A stretch of 64,000 nucleotides of DNA. Origin: Takakia lepidozioides. Its lineage: Eukaryota; Plantae; Bryophyta. Every line of letters starts with the position of its first letter. Within the stretch, counting starts at the first letter, position 1. The stretch lies in contig CM060733.1 in the NCBI GenBank assembly GCA_030704615.1, positions 55,676,001-55,740,000 of the forward strand. The letters are read 5' to 3'. Under the pieces are notes generated by a model. It made no database searches. It was given only the letters and a program-made list of their open reading frames with translations, and had not been told where the DNA came from. This document shows, one piece after another, positions 1-11,638 of this stretch. Position numbers and translations under genes: made by a program.

Positions 1-70
1 TTCCAGATCGACAGCCACCGTGTCTGCCATTTCCGATCCAATGTCAGGAGCTGGAAGAGAGTGGCTATTG

Positions 71-2386
71 CTAGGAAGGAACTTCAGTGCATTGAAACCT
101 CACCTTCTCTTTCGCCTCCACACATGCCGTTGAGAGGTGATGCAGTTTCTCCAATTGCATGGTCGGCTGCATGGCCCGAGAATAGTGTTTTGCAATCTCG
201 GGGATGAAGTCCTTTCCAAGTGCCGGATCTGCAATTGCCACCAGCTTCACAAGCTTTGACTTGTATTTGGTTCTGGACTTGACACCGGCTTCCTTCAAGT
301 GCTCAGTCAATGACTGCAACGTTTTGACCTGCCCCTCACTTTCCATGAAGAAGCGTTTGGCATGGGCCAAATCCAGCTTGATGTTTGACTGCCAACAAAA
401 ACATGCAGAAGCGTTACATTCGATTCATGTGGAAACATTACTGAAAATTGGGGAAGGATGAGCAGAGGGAAATTGGAGGACGACTTACTTCGTATATCAC
501 CTCCACCATTCCATCCATAGTGAGACGATACCATGTCCGGTCTGTTTTTGCAACGGCTTTCTGAATGAGCTCGGGCTCCAGCATTTCCGCAAACATCTGC
601 GGATCAGTGAGACCAGTTTTCCTCACCCTGTACAGCATGTGTGCCATGTGGGTATGCACGTACGCATTTTCAGTGACCCTGCAAGGCACACTCTCCAGTT
701 CAGTACACGGAAGCACGGAAACAAACCAGAATGGAAACCGAAATGCGGCACCGCATTTCGAACGTGCTAGGGAGGGTATGAGTATCTTACGAGTTGAGGT
801 CCGCCATGGCATTCTTGAGCAGGGAGGAGTCTGCCGCCTTCACCTTGAGGATGACACACTCCACCATGTAATGCCAGCCAATGTGCTTGGCATGGTTCTG
901 CTTGATGTACTCCCACCAGGCGAGAAGTCGGTGATTCCCGTCCCACACAAAGAACATTTTACCCGACATATGGCCGAAGTCGGGATCACCCTTCAGCGTC
1001 GCCTGAATTCGTGGTTGCGAGTTGCCAGTGGGTATCCCACGTTGACAATTCATCGGCAGTGGGTCCACGAGTTTCGCCGTCCTCATTCTCAATGGAAACG
1101 TAAAACGCTGCCGATCCCAGACGGTACCCTTCTCGAAATGCGAACTTGAGCTTATCCACATCTCCGGGAAGGGCCTGCCTGACGATGGGAAGGGAGACCA
1201 TGCGACAGAGTGGGATTCGAAGAGTCCGCTGGAATACCCTGCTGCCCAGAACTCTGCCAATGCTACTGTGTGTCTCCTCCAACATTTTATCCGCTGCACT
1301 TTTGAAATCCTCCGGAGACATGTCTGTAGGTGCCGGTAGTGGCTGAGCAGCTGGAGCATCCTCAACTGGAGCTGCACTCTGGGGCCTGTCTGCGGGCAAT
1401 TCTGCCATTGCAGAGGCCTCCTCCGGGCCTGCTTGCTCATCGGTGGTGAGGTCTTGCTGCGAAAGTTGAGCGGCAGCACCCTCCTCCGGTACCAAATCGA
1501 GATCAACGGTCGATCCCATTGCCTTCGCTGCAGCAGAGTCGGCCCCAACATCTGCAGGCGGGAAATCCTCCAGGAACTGAGCTTCAGCTCGTGGAAGCGG
1601 TTTTGCGGGAGATTGTTCGCCCGTCGCCCTGATTGCCTTCTGCTTCCTCATCCTTGCAGGTGAAGGTGTCTGCTGCAATTGAATCTGTCTTCTACCCTGC
1701 TGCTTCATTCGCGTTGGGGGGGGTGAATCGGCCTGAGCCGGTTCAGAAGCCAGTAGAGGGACGGGCTGCTTCTTCTTTCGACTTTGCTGGAGAAGGGCCC
1801 GACCCCTGCTGGCGATTCTCCATGACCGAAGAACGCGAGTCGATCTCTGGGACTTTGAACTTGCCCTTCGAAGACGCGTCTTTGAATCGCAGAGGGCTAG
1901 GCCCGGCAGGAATACCCGCGCTCGGGGATCGGGTGGGTGTACGTGCTGCAGCTAGCTCCTCGGACTCTTCCTGGCTCTTCGGATTCCTGCGATCCCTCCA
2001 GCACGTCCACCTTTCCTGTTAGGCATGCAAACATGTTCTGCATTCAAGTCTCCTAGCATTCAGTCTAAGAATTACAGAAGCAAAATGGGGGGTTCGGTGC
2101 TCGATCAGCTGCGCGCAGCCCGATCGCATGGAGCTCTCACTGGTGGCTGGGTTGCCTGAGTGGCCTGCTGCTCGGAGATGGCAATCTCCTCCTGTAGACG
2201 CATCTGCTTCCTCCCCTTCGGCATTGGCCTACGTCCGAAGTATAATTTCCGGAGCTTGCGACGAGGTCTCCTGGCTGGTGCACGAACTCCCCCCCTCTCA
2301 GGTTCGAGCATAAGAAGAACAGAGAGAGGAAAAAGGGCCAAAGAGTGCAGATGGAAAGGGCGCGAGAGGGGTGACTGAGGAGACAC
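71..2386 (-). CDS. 5' exons of ParB/Srx-like + DNA methyltransferase-fold gene (copy 1; 3' exons outside window)
   Basis: LRIPLCRMV...VRQALPGDVDKLKFAF...FFVWDGNHRLLAW matches the ParB-like GxxRxxA motif. GT-AG introns, e.g. 679-790. Low-complexity N-terminus, start codon uncertain, some frameshifts. Confidence 0.7.
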
Positions 2387-2656
2387 TACAAAAGTAGATG
2401 AAACGGCGGTGATGCACCACTTGGGTTCGAAAGGGTTGGACGAAAGTGTCTCCTCGGGGAGTTTGCGTCATTACGAAATTCGAATCGTTGAGGGTACGCC
2501 TGCCGTCCGAAAAACAAACATCATTATCGAACGGTCAGGCCGCGCCGCCTCATGCCCCTTCAGTCAGATAGAGTGCCGACATGTGCAGCAATTCCGTTGC
2601 TCCACGTGTTCACATTTCAAGGTATTTCCGTCCCAGCGTCTGATGAGTTGGAGCGA

Positions 2657-4360
2657 AAATGCGAATGCGGCGCCGCATTTCCGTTAAGTACCATCACGAA
2701 GCTACACATCCGTACTTGTTGGAAGAAAATGCGGCACCGCATTTCCGTTCCACCTTCACATACCTTAGTTGTTGAACGGAAATACGGTGCCGCATTTCCG
2801 TCCCACAGCTCCAAGTATGAGATTCAAAAGGGAAATGCGGCGCCGCATTTCCGTTCTGGAATGTCGAAAGGTGCGATTGGGACGGGAATGAGGCACAACA
2901 TTTCTGTTCCCGTGGTTCATGATTTTCAATGTGAACGGAAATGCGGTACCGCATTTCCGTTCCCACTTCACATCCGTTAGATGATGAATGGAAATGCCGT
3001 GCCACATTTCCGTTCGGGAAAGTATAGAGGTCTCACCTGGACAGAAATGCGGTGCCGCATTTCCGGTCCGGAAACTTTGAAGGTCTCACATGGATGGAAA
3101 TGCTGCTACACATTTTCGTAGCACAGCTCCAGGCCCAATATACAAAACGGAAATGCGGCGCCGCATTTCGTTCTAGAATGTCGGAAGGTGCGACTGGAAC
3201 GGAAATGCGGTGCCGGATTTCTGTTCCCGTTGCGCACGATTTTCAGTCAGAATGGAAATGCGGTACCGCATTTCCGTTCTGTAGAGTATTAACGTCTGAC
3301 GCTGGCGGAAATGTCGTGCCGCATTTTCGTTCCACAGCTCCATGCCTCACATACAAAACGGAAATGCGGCGCCGCATTTCCGTTTTGGAATGTCGGAAGG
3401 TGCGACTCCGACGGAAATGCGGTACCGCATTTCAGTTCCGAGGTTTCAGGATATTTCATCAGAACGGAAATGCGGTGCCGCATTTCCCTTTTGAACCTAA
3501 TACATTCCGTTCTGGAATGTTGGGAGTGCGACTCGGATGGAAATCCGTTGCCGCATTTCAGTTCCGACGGTTCACGATTTTCAGTCAGAACGGAAATGCG
3601 GTACCGCATTTCCGTTCTGGAATGTTGGTTGGTGCGACTCGGATGGAAATACGGTGCCGCATTTCAGATGGTTCACGATTTTCAGTCAGAACGGAAATGC
3701 GTTGCCGCATTTCCGTTCTGGATAGTATGAATGTCTCAAGCGGTCGGAATTGCGCTGTATGAAGCTGTCGGAATCGCACTCGGCTCCATGCATCAGATAC
3801 AAAATGGAAATGCGGCGCCGCATTTCCGTTCTGGAATGTCGAAAAGTGCGACTCGGACGGAAATGCGGTGCCGCATTTCTGTTCCCGTTGTTCGTAAATC
3901 TCAATCAGAACGGAAATGCGGTACCGCATTTCCGTTCCACCTTCACATACCGTGCTTGTTGAATGAAAATGCGGTACCGCATTTCCGTTCTGGAGAGTAT
4001 GAATGTCTTTTAAGGACGGAAATGTGCTGCAGCATTTCTATCCCTCAGCTCCATGCATCAGATACAAAATGGAAATGCGGCGCCGCTTTTCCGTTCTGAA
4101 ATGTCGGAAAAGTGCGACTCGGACGGAAATGCGGTGCCGCATTTCTGTTCCCGTTGTTCATAATTCTCAATCAGAACGGAAATGCGGTACCGCATTTCCG
4201 TTCCACCTTCACATACCGTGCTTGCTGGATGGAAATGCGTTACCGCATTTCCGTTCTGGAGAGTATAAAGGTTTCCCCCGGACGGAAACTCGTTGCCGCA
4301 TTTCCGTCGCTCTGGTGCATGACCAAGATGCAATACGGAAATGCGGCGCCGTATTTCCGT
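2657..4360. repeat. Array of ~30 palindromes (C)GGAAATGCGG-YR-CCGCATTTCC(G), 53-bp period, ~265-bp higher-order repeat
   Basis: Copies start at about 2936, 2989, 3042, 3095, 3148, 3200, 3253, 3306, 3359, 3412, 3465. Spacers fall into ~5 recurring classes (3806/4071 and 3911/4177 share spacers). Confidence 0.95.
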
Positions 4361-4773
4361 CCACCAGCAATCGAAAGAATCATCGGGACGGGAAATTGGA
4401 ACCTGAATGGGTTGCATTGTTCCGAAACAACACAATTGCGGCCAGTCTTGATGAGCACAACTTGGTTGTCTGACCGTTTTAACCAGCAGTCCTGGCACTT
4501 GTCAGTGCGAACGTTCCTGTCTGCACCGAGAATACTGCTGGATCCACCCTCAGGAGAAACTGTCAGGAGATGTTATTTCGTCGCCGAATCGGCCATCATT
4601 GTCATACTCACTGGCTATGGAATCAAACCTCCCACCTTCATGCATGTAGCTTGAAACAATACTTTCCACTTCAATGTGCGACTTCCAATCGTCGATGGAC
4701 TCCGCATGGTGCCTGTGAGCCTTGGTCTGTCGCTATACTGAACCTCGCACTTGCCAACTCCGTGCGGTGTTCG

Positions 4774-7700
4774 ATGGCTCCGAATTCCTACGCTATAGTT
4801 TGCTGTCCTCCGCAACTTGGGAGAGCCTGGATCCCAAACGAGGGAGGACTTTGCAGAGTGACTGAAACTTACCTTTGTTCCAAATTCAAGCTCAAACCGG
4901 GCACAGTTTATTTGGAAGAAGAAAGGAAGGATGTTCCTGGACAGGTTGACGAGACCATTGTCGTGCTAGGTAACGACGGAGGTTGCGGAATCGAATGGCA
5001 CGTTCCCCCGTCAGACACCATCCTGTACCGAGCTGTGGGAATGCCCATTCCCTTTCCGAATCAGTCGCTGCCCACACCATCCACAAAGGAGTCCGGAAAC
5101 CGACAGGCGGCCACTGCCAACAGAGAGGTATGCAACGATAATCATTCCCGACCTGGACCGTCAAGACCCTCCATAGCTTCTCGTGTGGACGTATTCGACA
5201 TTTCCGACGAGGAAGATGATTGCATTGAGGTACCCATGTCCTCCACACGGTCGTTCAAATCCGGCATGGACGTCTCTGTAGGTGCTACGCATGTGCCCTC
5301 GAGCATAACTCCAACCCGGTCCATTGTGCAGCTCCTACGACAACATCACCTCGATGGTTCTCGCTCCGAGCTGGCTGCTCTCGACTATGCCAAATTCCCA
5401 GTCAGAAAGGTAACGTTTCTGCCTCCCGAAGTCGATGGCAATGTCATCTTCGAGTTTCCACCTATTTCTTCGTCAAAGAAATCCTCCGGGATGTTAACAG
5501 ACATGGATCGAAAGCATGACGGACACCCCTGGTGTGTGACGAAGACCAGTAGCACGAAAATTGCTGATGGTGTTCGTGTACGATATGTCCTCTGTGCGGG
5601 GAAGCTGAGGTGCCTCAATCCCACCTGCTTCCACTTTCTCTCCAAAGGAGGGCGGAGAAACGAGACGGATTGGACTGGCACAACGCATCATCCATTCATT
5701 GTCTCCAGCCAAGCTCCTGCGGGTTCTTTCAAGTGTGCACATTGCAAAGAACCACCGACGTGCATGTCCATGTGCAGAGCCAAGCAATACTACGTTATCC
5801 ATTTGCTCCCGGACTTGACTAGAGCTTGCATACACGTTGGGGTCCACTGCCACCCCTTGGCGAGAGGCAACATGCGTGAGGCTGTGCAGGAAGCACACGA
5901 CATCATAAAAGAGGAGGTGAAATTGAGCCCCGGAGCCAGACCAAAGCAGATTCAGCTGAAGGCAGCCCACAAGATTGCTCTTGGCAAAATCATGTCTGAA
6001 GATGGTTCCGACCGAGAGCCCTTGACCGAAGACGAGATGCGTGACCTCTTGGAGTCCGTCTCGCACGTTTGTAGTCCGAATGTGCGGAATCACATCGTAT
6101 CTTGCAAGCAGGAGTTCGGCAGGGGGTCGGACATGTACTCAATCCTGGAGGTGAAACGAATGACTGGATATGACTACATCCAAGGTAGCAGGTTTCCAGG
6201 GCAAGGCAGCGAATCCGATCGTTGTTACATTTTCAAAATGTCGACGTGTGGGCCTGGGAGTGGAGTCGACTTGGTCACTCGCATGACAACTGGAAACTTG
6301 TCGAATGCTTGGGTGATGTTTGATCACATCAAGCGAATTACAAACCATCAGTGGGTGACTATGGGTGCGCATGTTTATGACTATCACTCCAAGAGGCTCA
6401 TGACGATTGCAATCTGCGAGATGAAAGGGGAGGACACACAGTCGAGATGCATCTGTGGGAGGGCATAAACGAGCAGATGGCAAGGGCGGGATTGCCAGAG
6501 CCCAATTTCAGGGGATTCATGGCAGACAACGCTCAGGCCAACTGGGCAGCGGTGCGGCGTGTGTACGGTGAGGACCCCAATGTTCCAATGGAGGGGAAAG
6601 AGAGATCCTGTGGATTCCATTGGATGCAGAGTCTATCCCACTACACTACCAAATTTGTTGCTAGCTCATTCCAGGCTGAACACCGTGTCCTTTGTACGGC
6701 GTGGAAGGATGCACCCACATTTGATGACGCGGAGGTTAAGTTTGCTATCATCGAGGCTTGGTGGAACACGTCAGGTGCAGTGGAGACAACCAATCTGGGA
6801 GCATTGCACAGCTGGTTGGGGTGGTGGCATTTTCGGTATCGACAGTTCGGACAGTACATGCGGGAGGTAGGCTGCTGTCAATTTCGTTCATTTGTCTTTA
6901 TGTTACGGACATTTCGATTGGTCCCTCACCATTGTTTGTGTCCTTCTAGGAGCGGTGCTTGGATTCCGACACGGACATGCCGAACACGAATATGGCAGAA
7001 TCGGTCCACTCCTCCTGGCGAGCGTCTTCTGCCGCACATCTGGTGGACGTAGTCACGGCCACAACGGAGGACATCGACAGAGCAATCATGCAGCAAGCCA
7101 CGTACTACAAGTTCTTGAGCGGCAAACAATGGGGCTTTGGGCCGGACAGGGAGGAATTGTTGGTACGAACAGCTTCGAGGTCCAAGAATCCAGTGAAATG
7201 GGCGACAGCATTGCGAGAGAAGATCAAAGGGACGCCTCTGCACCGCAGAGGTGAACACCTAGAGGGGGACGTCCGGACTCGCCCTGTCAGGCGGAGGATT
7301 GAAGAGGAACCCGGGTGCGAAGAGGATTCCTGGAGATCCGACAGGAACATTCGGACAGCACCTCGAGGTCCCGTCATGTTGCCGCACAATGTGTCTTCCA
7401 GCAGTGGAAGCCCAAGAAATTCCAGATCGCCGTCGCCTTCAACCGGGGATTTCGTGCAACAAATTCCCACCGCTCCCTTGCCCCACATTCCGCCCGCTGT
7501 TATGCAGTATGGCCAAGCCATTGTGGAGACGACTGTGTCTGCATCACAGTGGAGAATTGCTCGCACAAAGCCGTCGTTTCGAGGAAGGTGTTCCGCAATT
7601 CGTGTGGATACACGGCAACGTTGTTTAGAGATGATAAGGAGGAATCCAGATGGGGCTGTCCCTGCTCCTACTTTTAAAGGAAGATTTGTCCATGCAAAGT

Positions 7701-8379
7701 TTGCGGAGGCGACAACCACCAGTTCTGGTTCTGCAGGCACGACATTATGACTTGCGTGTATGGAAAGCCCAAGTACGGCATACAAACAATGCCAGAGGCT
7801 CCCCCGGTGTGGCCGGTGGAACCAGGCTGCGATCTGAGTCAGGTTGAGGCCGACGCCCTTACCGCCGCAGGATTTCGGATGGTGCAGCGCACTGACGTCC
7901 CCAGACAACCATTTCCGCTTCCACAGCCTCCACCACCGACCCCTGTGAGAGCAAGAACAATGGGACACGACAGCTCTAAGCATCCTACACACCGTTGGGG
8001 GAAACCGAAGAGGCGGCGACCTCCCTCAAAAGTGAACGAGACAAGGATGGGGAATGCACTTCGGATGAACTGTACAATCCAGAGCTCGACAGAAGTGCCC
8101 CCACCAGGATTCGGGCGTGTGTATCAGATGGCCACGGCGGGCTCAGCTGTTCGCAATGAGGTGTACACCATCACCATTTCAGAATTACCCACCTGCAATT
8201 GCACCGACTTCCAGATCATGGCAAACAAGGGGGCATCATACTGCCCTTGCAAGCATTTGTACTACGTGTACCTAAAGAGACTCCGTTGTAATTCCACAAC
8301 TCATCACTTCATACATGCACCAGGGTTGAGCCCCCAGGAGGTTCACACTCTTCTGAATATGGATCCAGGGGACCAGTGA
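4774..8379 (+). CDS. MULE DDE transposase with N-terminal GCM-like Zn domain and C-terminal SWIM finger (one intron, two 1-bp frameshifts)
   Basis: DGHPW...CAGKLRC...CAHC...C...HVGVHCHP (GCM-like); WVMFDH, FMADNAQA, SCGFHW, TNMAESVH (D, D, CxxH, E); CNCTDF...CPCKH (SWIM). Intron 6867-6949. The frameshifts near 6444 and 7720 are in frame in copy 2. Confidence 0.88.
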
Positions 8380-9154
8380 GCTTGGCTTGCGGTCCACATA
8401 CAATGGTACGCCCATCCTTTTCGGATAGTAGAACTGTACTGCTGCCAGTACCTCAGACTCTGGCCACAGAAAGGTCCGACATATGTCTTGCCTACCAGTA
8501 ACCTGTTTTGATCGAACTAAGATATTACTATATCGTTCACTTGTTTCCACGTGCATGTATTTTTGTATGTTGGAGGGTTCATGTTTTTCTGCTTTCCGAA
8601 AACTTGCTCTCCTCATTCGACCTCCGACAAGGAAATGCGGCGCCGAATTTCCAAGTATCGTCGTAGGTACCCCCAGAGGCGGCCTTCGCCAACACCAAAC
8701 CGCTCCGAAATTTCGCACGTGCGAACCCTAATGCGGCACCCTATTTCCCAGTTCAGTTGCAAACCTTTCCCGCCGAATACCCGAAGAAGACAGAATTGTG
8801 AAGTACTGCAGACTGTATTGGTGCAGACTCCATTGGTTCAATCGCGGCAAAAGGGTCAGCTTCATTCCAATGTTAAGGCATGTAAAACCGCGGAATACTC
8901 TATACAGGCCAGTATGCGACGTCCTTTTGCAGTGGTATACTGGATTTCCCGTTGCACGGTCACTTATTTCCATGAGCGCATCTATAAAACCATGAGCGGA
9001 CTTGTTACTGACGACATATCTTCGCCGCATTACATGATCTGGAACGTCCAAAAACGGCAAGGTCAAATAAAAAACTATTATTTTAATACTTGTTTAATCT
9101 GCCGCATTTCCAAATTTGGAGGAGTCCGCTCATGAAATCCGCGTATCTTAGACT

Positions 9155-9230
9155 TCGGCTCACCGCTCATGCGGCTCATGCGGCTCATGGCTCATGGCTC
9201 ATGGTTTCTGCTCATGAAATAGTAAACCTC
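9155..9230. repeat. Right terminal inverted repeat with (G)GCTCATG subrepeats
   Basis: Reverse complement GAGGTTTACTATTTCATGAGC matches the left end GGGGGCTGCTATTTCATGAGC at 34346. Confidence 0.85.
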
Positions 9231-10660
9231 GTTGGAGGAGGATACCTGAGTCCATATTATAATTGGCAAAAAACGGTTGCCTAGTGCATATACTCTTGCA
9301 AAGTTCTTGGCATCCTCTGTGTGAGCCACCCCCTTAGTGACTGCCAGGCTTTCCATATGGATTGCCAGGGTCTTGACCCCAATCTGGTATTCGCATTACG
9401 GCCCTGCACTATCCATCTCAAGGATTGCGCCCAATGTCGCGAGGAAGTGGGGATTGAGCCCATGAGGTTACAGACAAAGCAGACGACGGAAATGGCTTCC
9501 TCCTTTATTGCCACCATGATGGAGGAGTCATCAATGGTTGGTAATTTGATGGAGGAGCCTATGATGGCCGTGGTTGGCATAAGCACTACCAGCTTTGGAA
9601 CACCATTATCTCTGATGTAGTCAAACTGAGCTGCATCATAATCCACACTTAAGATCTGGTCTGGCACAGGTTCGTATATGTTGATAGCCCCGATGAAGGT
9701 CCCAAAGCTGTTGCCTATCTCGGGCAGAGATATGAGGTAGGTGGGTGGGAGGAAAGGGATTTGCGATCACTCTTGGTTGCCACAGTACTCCTTGTCTATG
9801 TCCCCAATCATGTGTCCAGGGAAATATGAAGACTTTAGCCGATGACTGCTGGGTGTTGAAGTGAGTCGCACAATCAGCTTCCGTGGGTGAGCAGAACAAA
9901 ATGGCATAGAAGCCTCTAGCCATTGACAGGCAGAAGTGCTGCGCCAATCCTCCTTCCGCTCCTAGGTGCTCCACCACCCAACGTCGAACCCATGCTCTAG
10001 GACGTGGCTTTCTTGGAAAATACTGAAGATCAACTCCCCTTTGAGTTAACTTTTGAGCCCGCTCTTTCAATTTGTCTTTGTTCAGCTTTAGAACTGGCTG
10101 CTCTGATTCCACTGGCACGATCGTGTCTTCCAAGAGAATTTCCGCAGGCAAGGGGGAGGGTGGCGGAAGGCTGGAGCTTGGACCCTTTCCCAAAATCGAG
10201 CCTCCCTATCCATCTGTGGAGATGTTTTTCTTTGCCCAGATTTGATTCTTGCCTTTTCTAGAGAGAGAAGACCCGCCTCTCTTTGCTCGCTTGTTGCTCT
10301 TGCCAGGAGGGTTTTGAAAACTTCCCTGAGAGCAGCATTCTGGGCCTCTGAGGAGGGCGGCGGTGTAATGCAGTCATAGAATCTTATTGATAAGCTGCCT
10401 TCGTGCCTAGTGGAAGGGGGATGTGGCTCCTTGGCAGCTGTGAGAAGTAAAGTGATCTTACAAAACCTGTCAAGCTCTTTAGTGACTGCTGAGCTTGTCT
10501 TGGCACAGGGGGAAGACGCCGCATTCTCTAAGCAATGAGCTATCATGACCGTGTTTCTCGAGAACTCCTTCCCTTACTATCTACAGCCTCCCCTCCCTCT
10601 CTGGTTAATTCGTAGATAGCATTATAGGAAGGATAGAGAAGGAATGAACTCCAAGTTTGG
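9231..10660 (-). pseudogene. Degenerate L1-like LINE remnant (ORF1 DUF4283-like piece joined to an ORF2 C-terminal-like piece)
   Basis: RAWVRRWV...MARGFYAILF...FIFPWT resembles plant LINE ORF1. QSIWKAWQSL...MPRTLQEY resembles the LINE ORF2 distal region. Stops and frameshifts present. Confidence 0.55.
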
Positions 10661-10692
10661 CAGCGATGAAAGGAGCGAGAACGGGGTGACAC

Positions 10693-11372
10693 TGTTACGC
10701 TTTAACGTTCAAAGATTGCGCCCAAAGAGAATATCAACTTAACAGAGGAGATTTTGAGGCAAGGATGATCCCATCCATAGCTGAAGAGAGAGAAAGGAGG
10801 GAAAGGTGCTGCCATTGGCAGTGAGAGGAGACCTCTCTCTATAACTAAGGGGCCTGATTTGTGAGCTGTGAAGGCTTATTTTGTGCTTGAATGAGATTCT
10901 CCCGTCCTCACAAGTGCACGTTAAACTAGGGATGTAAGAGCTCGGAAGGAGCGGGCTTTACAGCACGAGAAGAGAGATGAACATGTAGAGGATTCCACGT
11001 ACAGCATATGCAGAGCTAACACACACACATCCAAAGCTCACAGAGCACGTCCAAAAGCCCGTACACCAGGTTGTACATACGAGAAAAAAGGGCCCTGACT
11101 CAAGGTCAGGAACAAGCTTATACCCAAAACCTAGGGCGAGGCAATACCCCCACGTGGCAGCATGCCACGGGTTGCCTAGATTACAAACAGATCTGGCCCG
11201 TAGACCAATGAAGGGGCCAGATGCAGCCACAAAGCTCTAGGATAACCTCAAACAAGTATAGGTCAGGTTGTATATAACGCTCTCCCGTCGTAAATACTAA
11301 TGGCATGGGATGAACCTGTCAAACAGTGATGAATAGGCTGAAAGTCAGGCCAGGAGAACATGAGCCATCACA
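10693..11372 (-). repeat. Probable 3' LTR of Ty3/gypsy element A
   Basis: Minus strand TGTGATG...GCGTAACA, preceded by the polypurine tract AAGGGGGGGGAAG (~11383-11395), downstream of the integrase. No partner LTR found. Confidence 0.6.
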
Positions 11373-11638
11373 TATGTGAAGGCTTCCCCCCCCTTAAGAA
11401 AGTCCGAGCTCCGCAAGGTAAAATATAAGGATGTTACCTCGCCATGAAGTTCCCCAACGTCGCAGGGTGAAAAACCTTTCATGGGAAAACCCGGTGGGAC
11501 AAAACCCATGCAAAGGAAAACCTTACGCGTGTGGACAAGTTGGAACTTCATGCTAAGTCTAAAACTAGAGTACAAAATAACTATGGAAGAACACTACAAT
11601 CTGAAAATGAAGAGATGTCCAAGTCCAAAAGAGGTCTC

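Larger units (their letters stand above)
1..9230 (+). mobile_element. Mutator-like (MULE) DNA transposon, copy 1 (left part outside window)
   Basis: Position 1 aligns with 40344 of copy 2. Homology with copy 2 stops exactly at ...CATGAAATAGTAAACCTC (9230 = 49558). Contains the MULE transposase. Confidence 0.9.

Noticed and set aside
2657-4360. CRISPR array (palindromic repeats with ~30-bp spacers)
   Set aside because: Spacers recur in a higher-order pattern, repeats are degenerate, there are no cas genes and the context is eukaryotic.
2552-4654. Many overlapping ORFs (MRRRISV, GNAAPHF, KCGTAFP)
   Set aside because: They are translations of the stop-poor palindrome in all six frames; the same applies to 36575-37487 and 45120-46985.
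4774-8379. Sola or KDZ/Zisupton transposase (GAG/GGG termini)
   Set aside because: The D..D-CxxH..E spacing with TNxxES and a SWIM finger fits Mutator better; no TSD was available to confirm.
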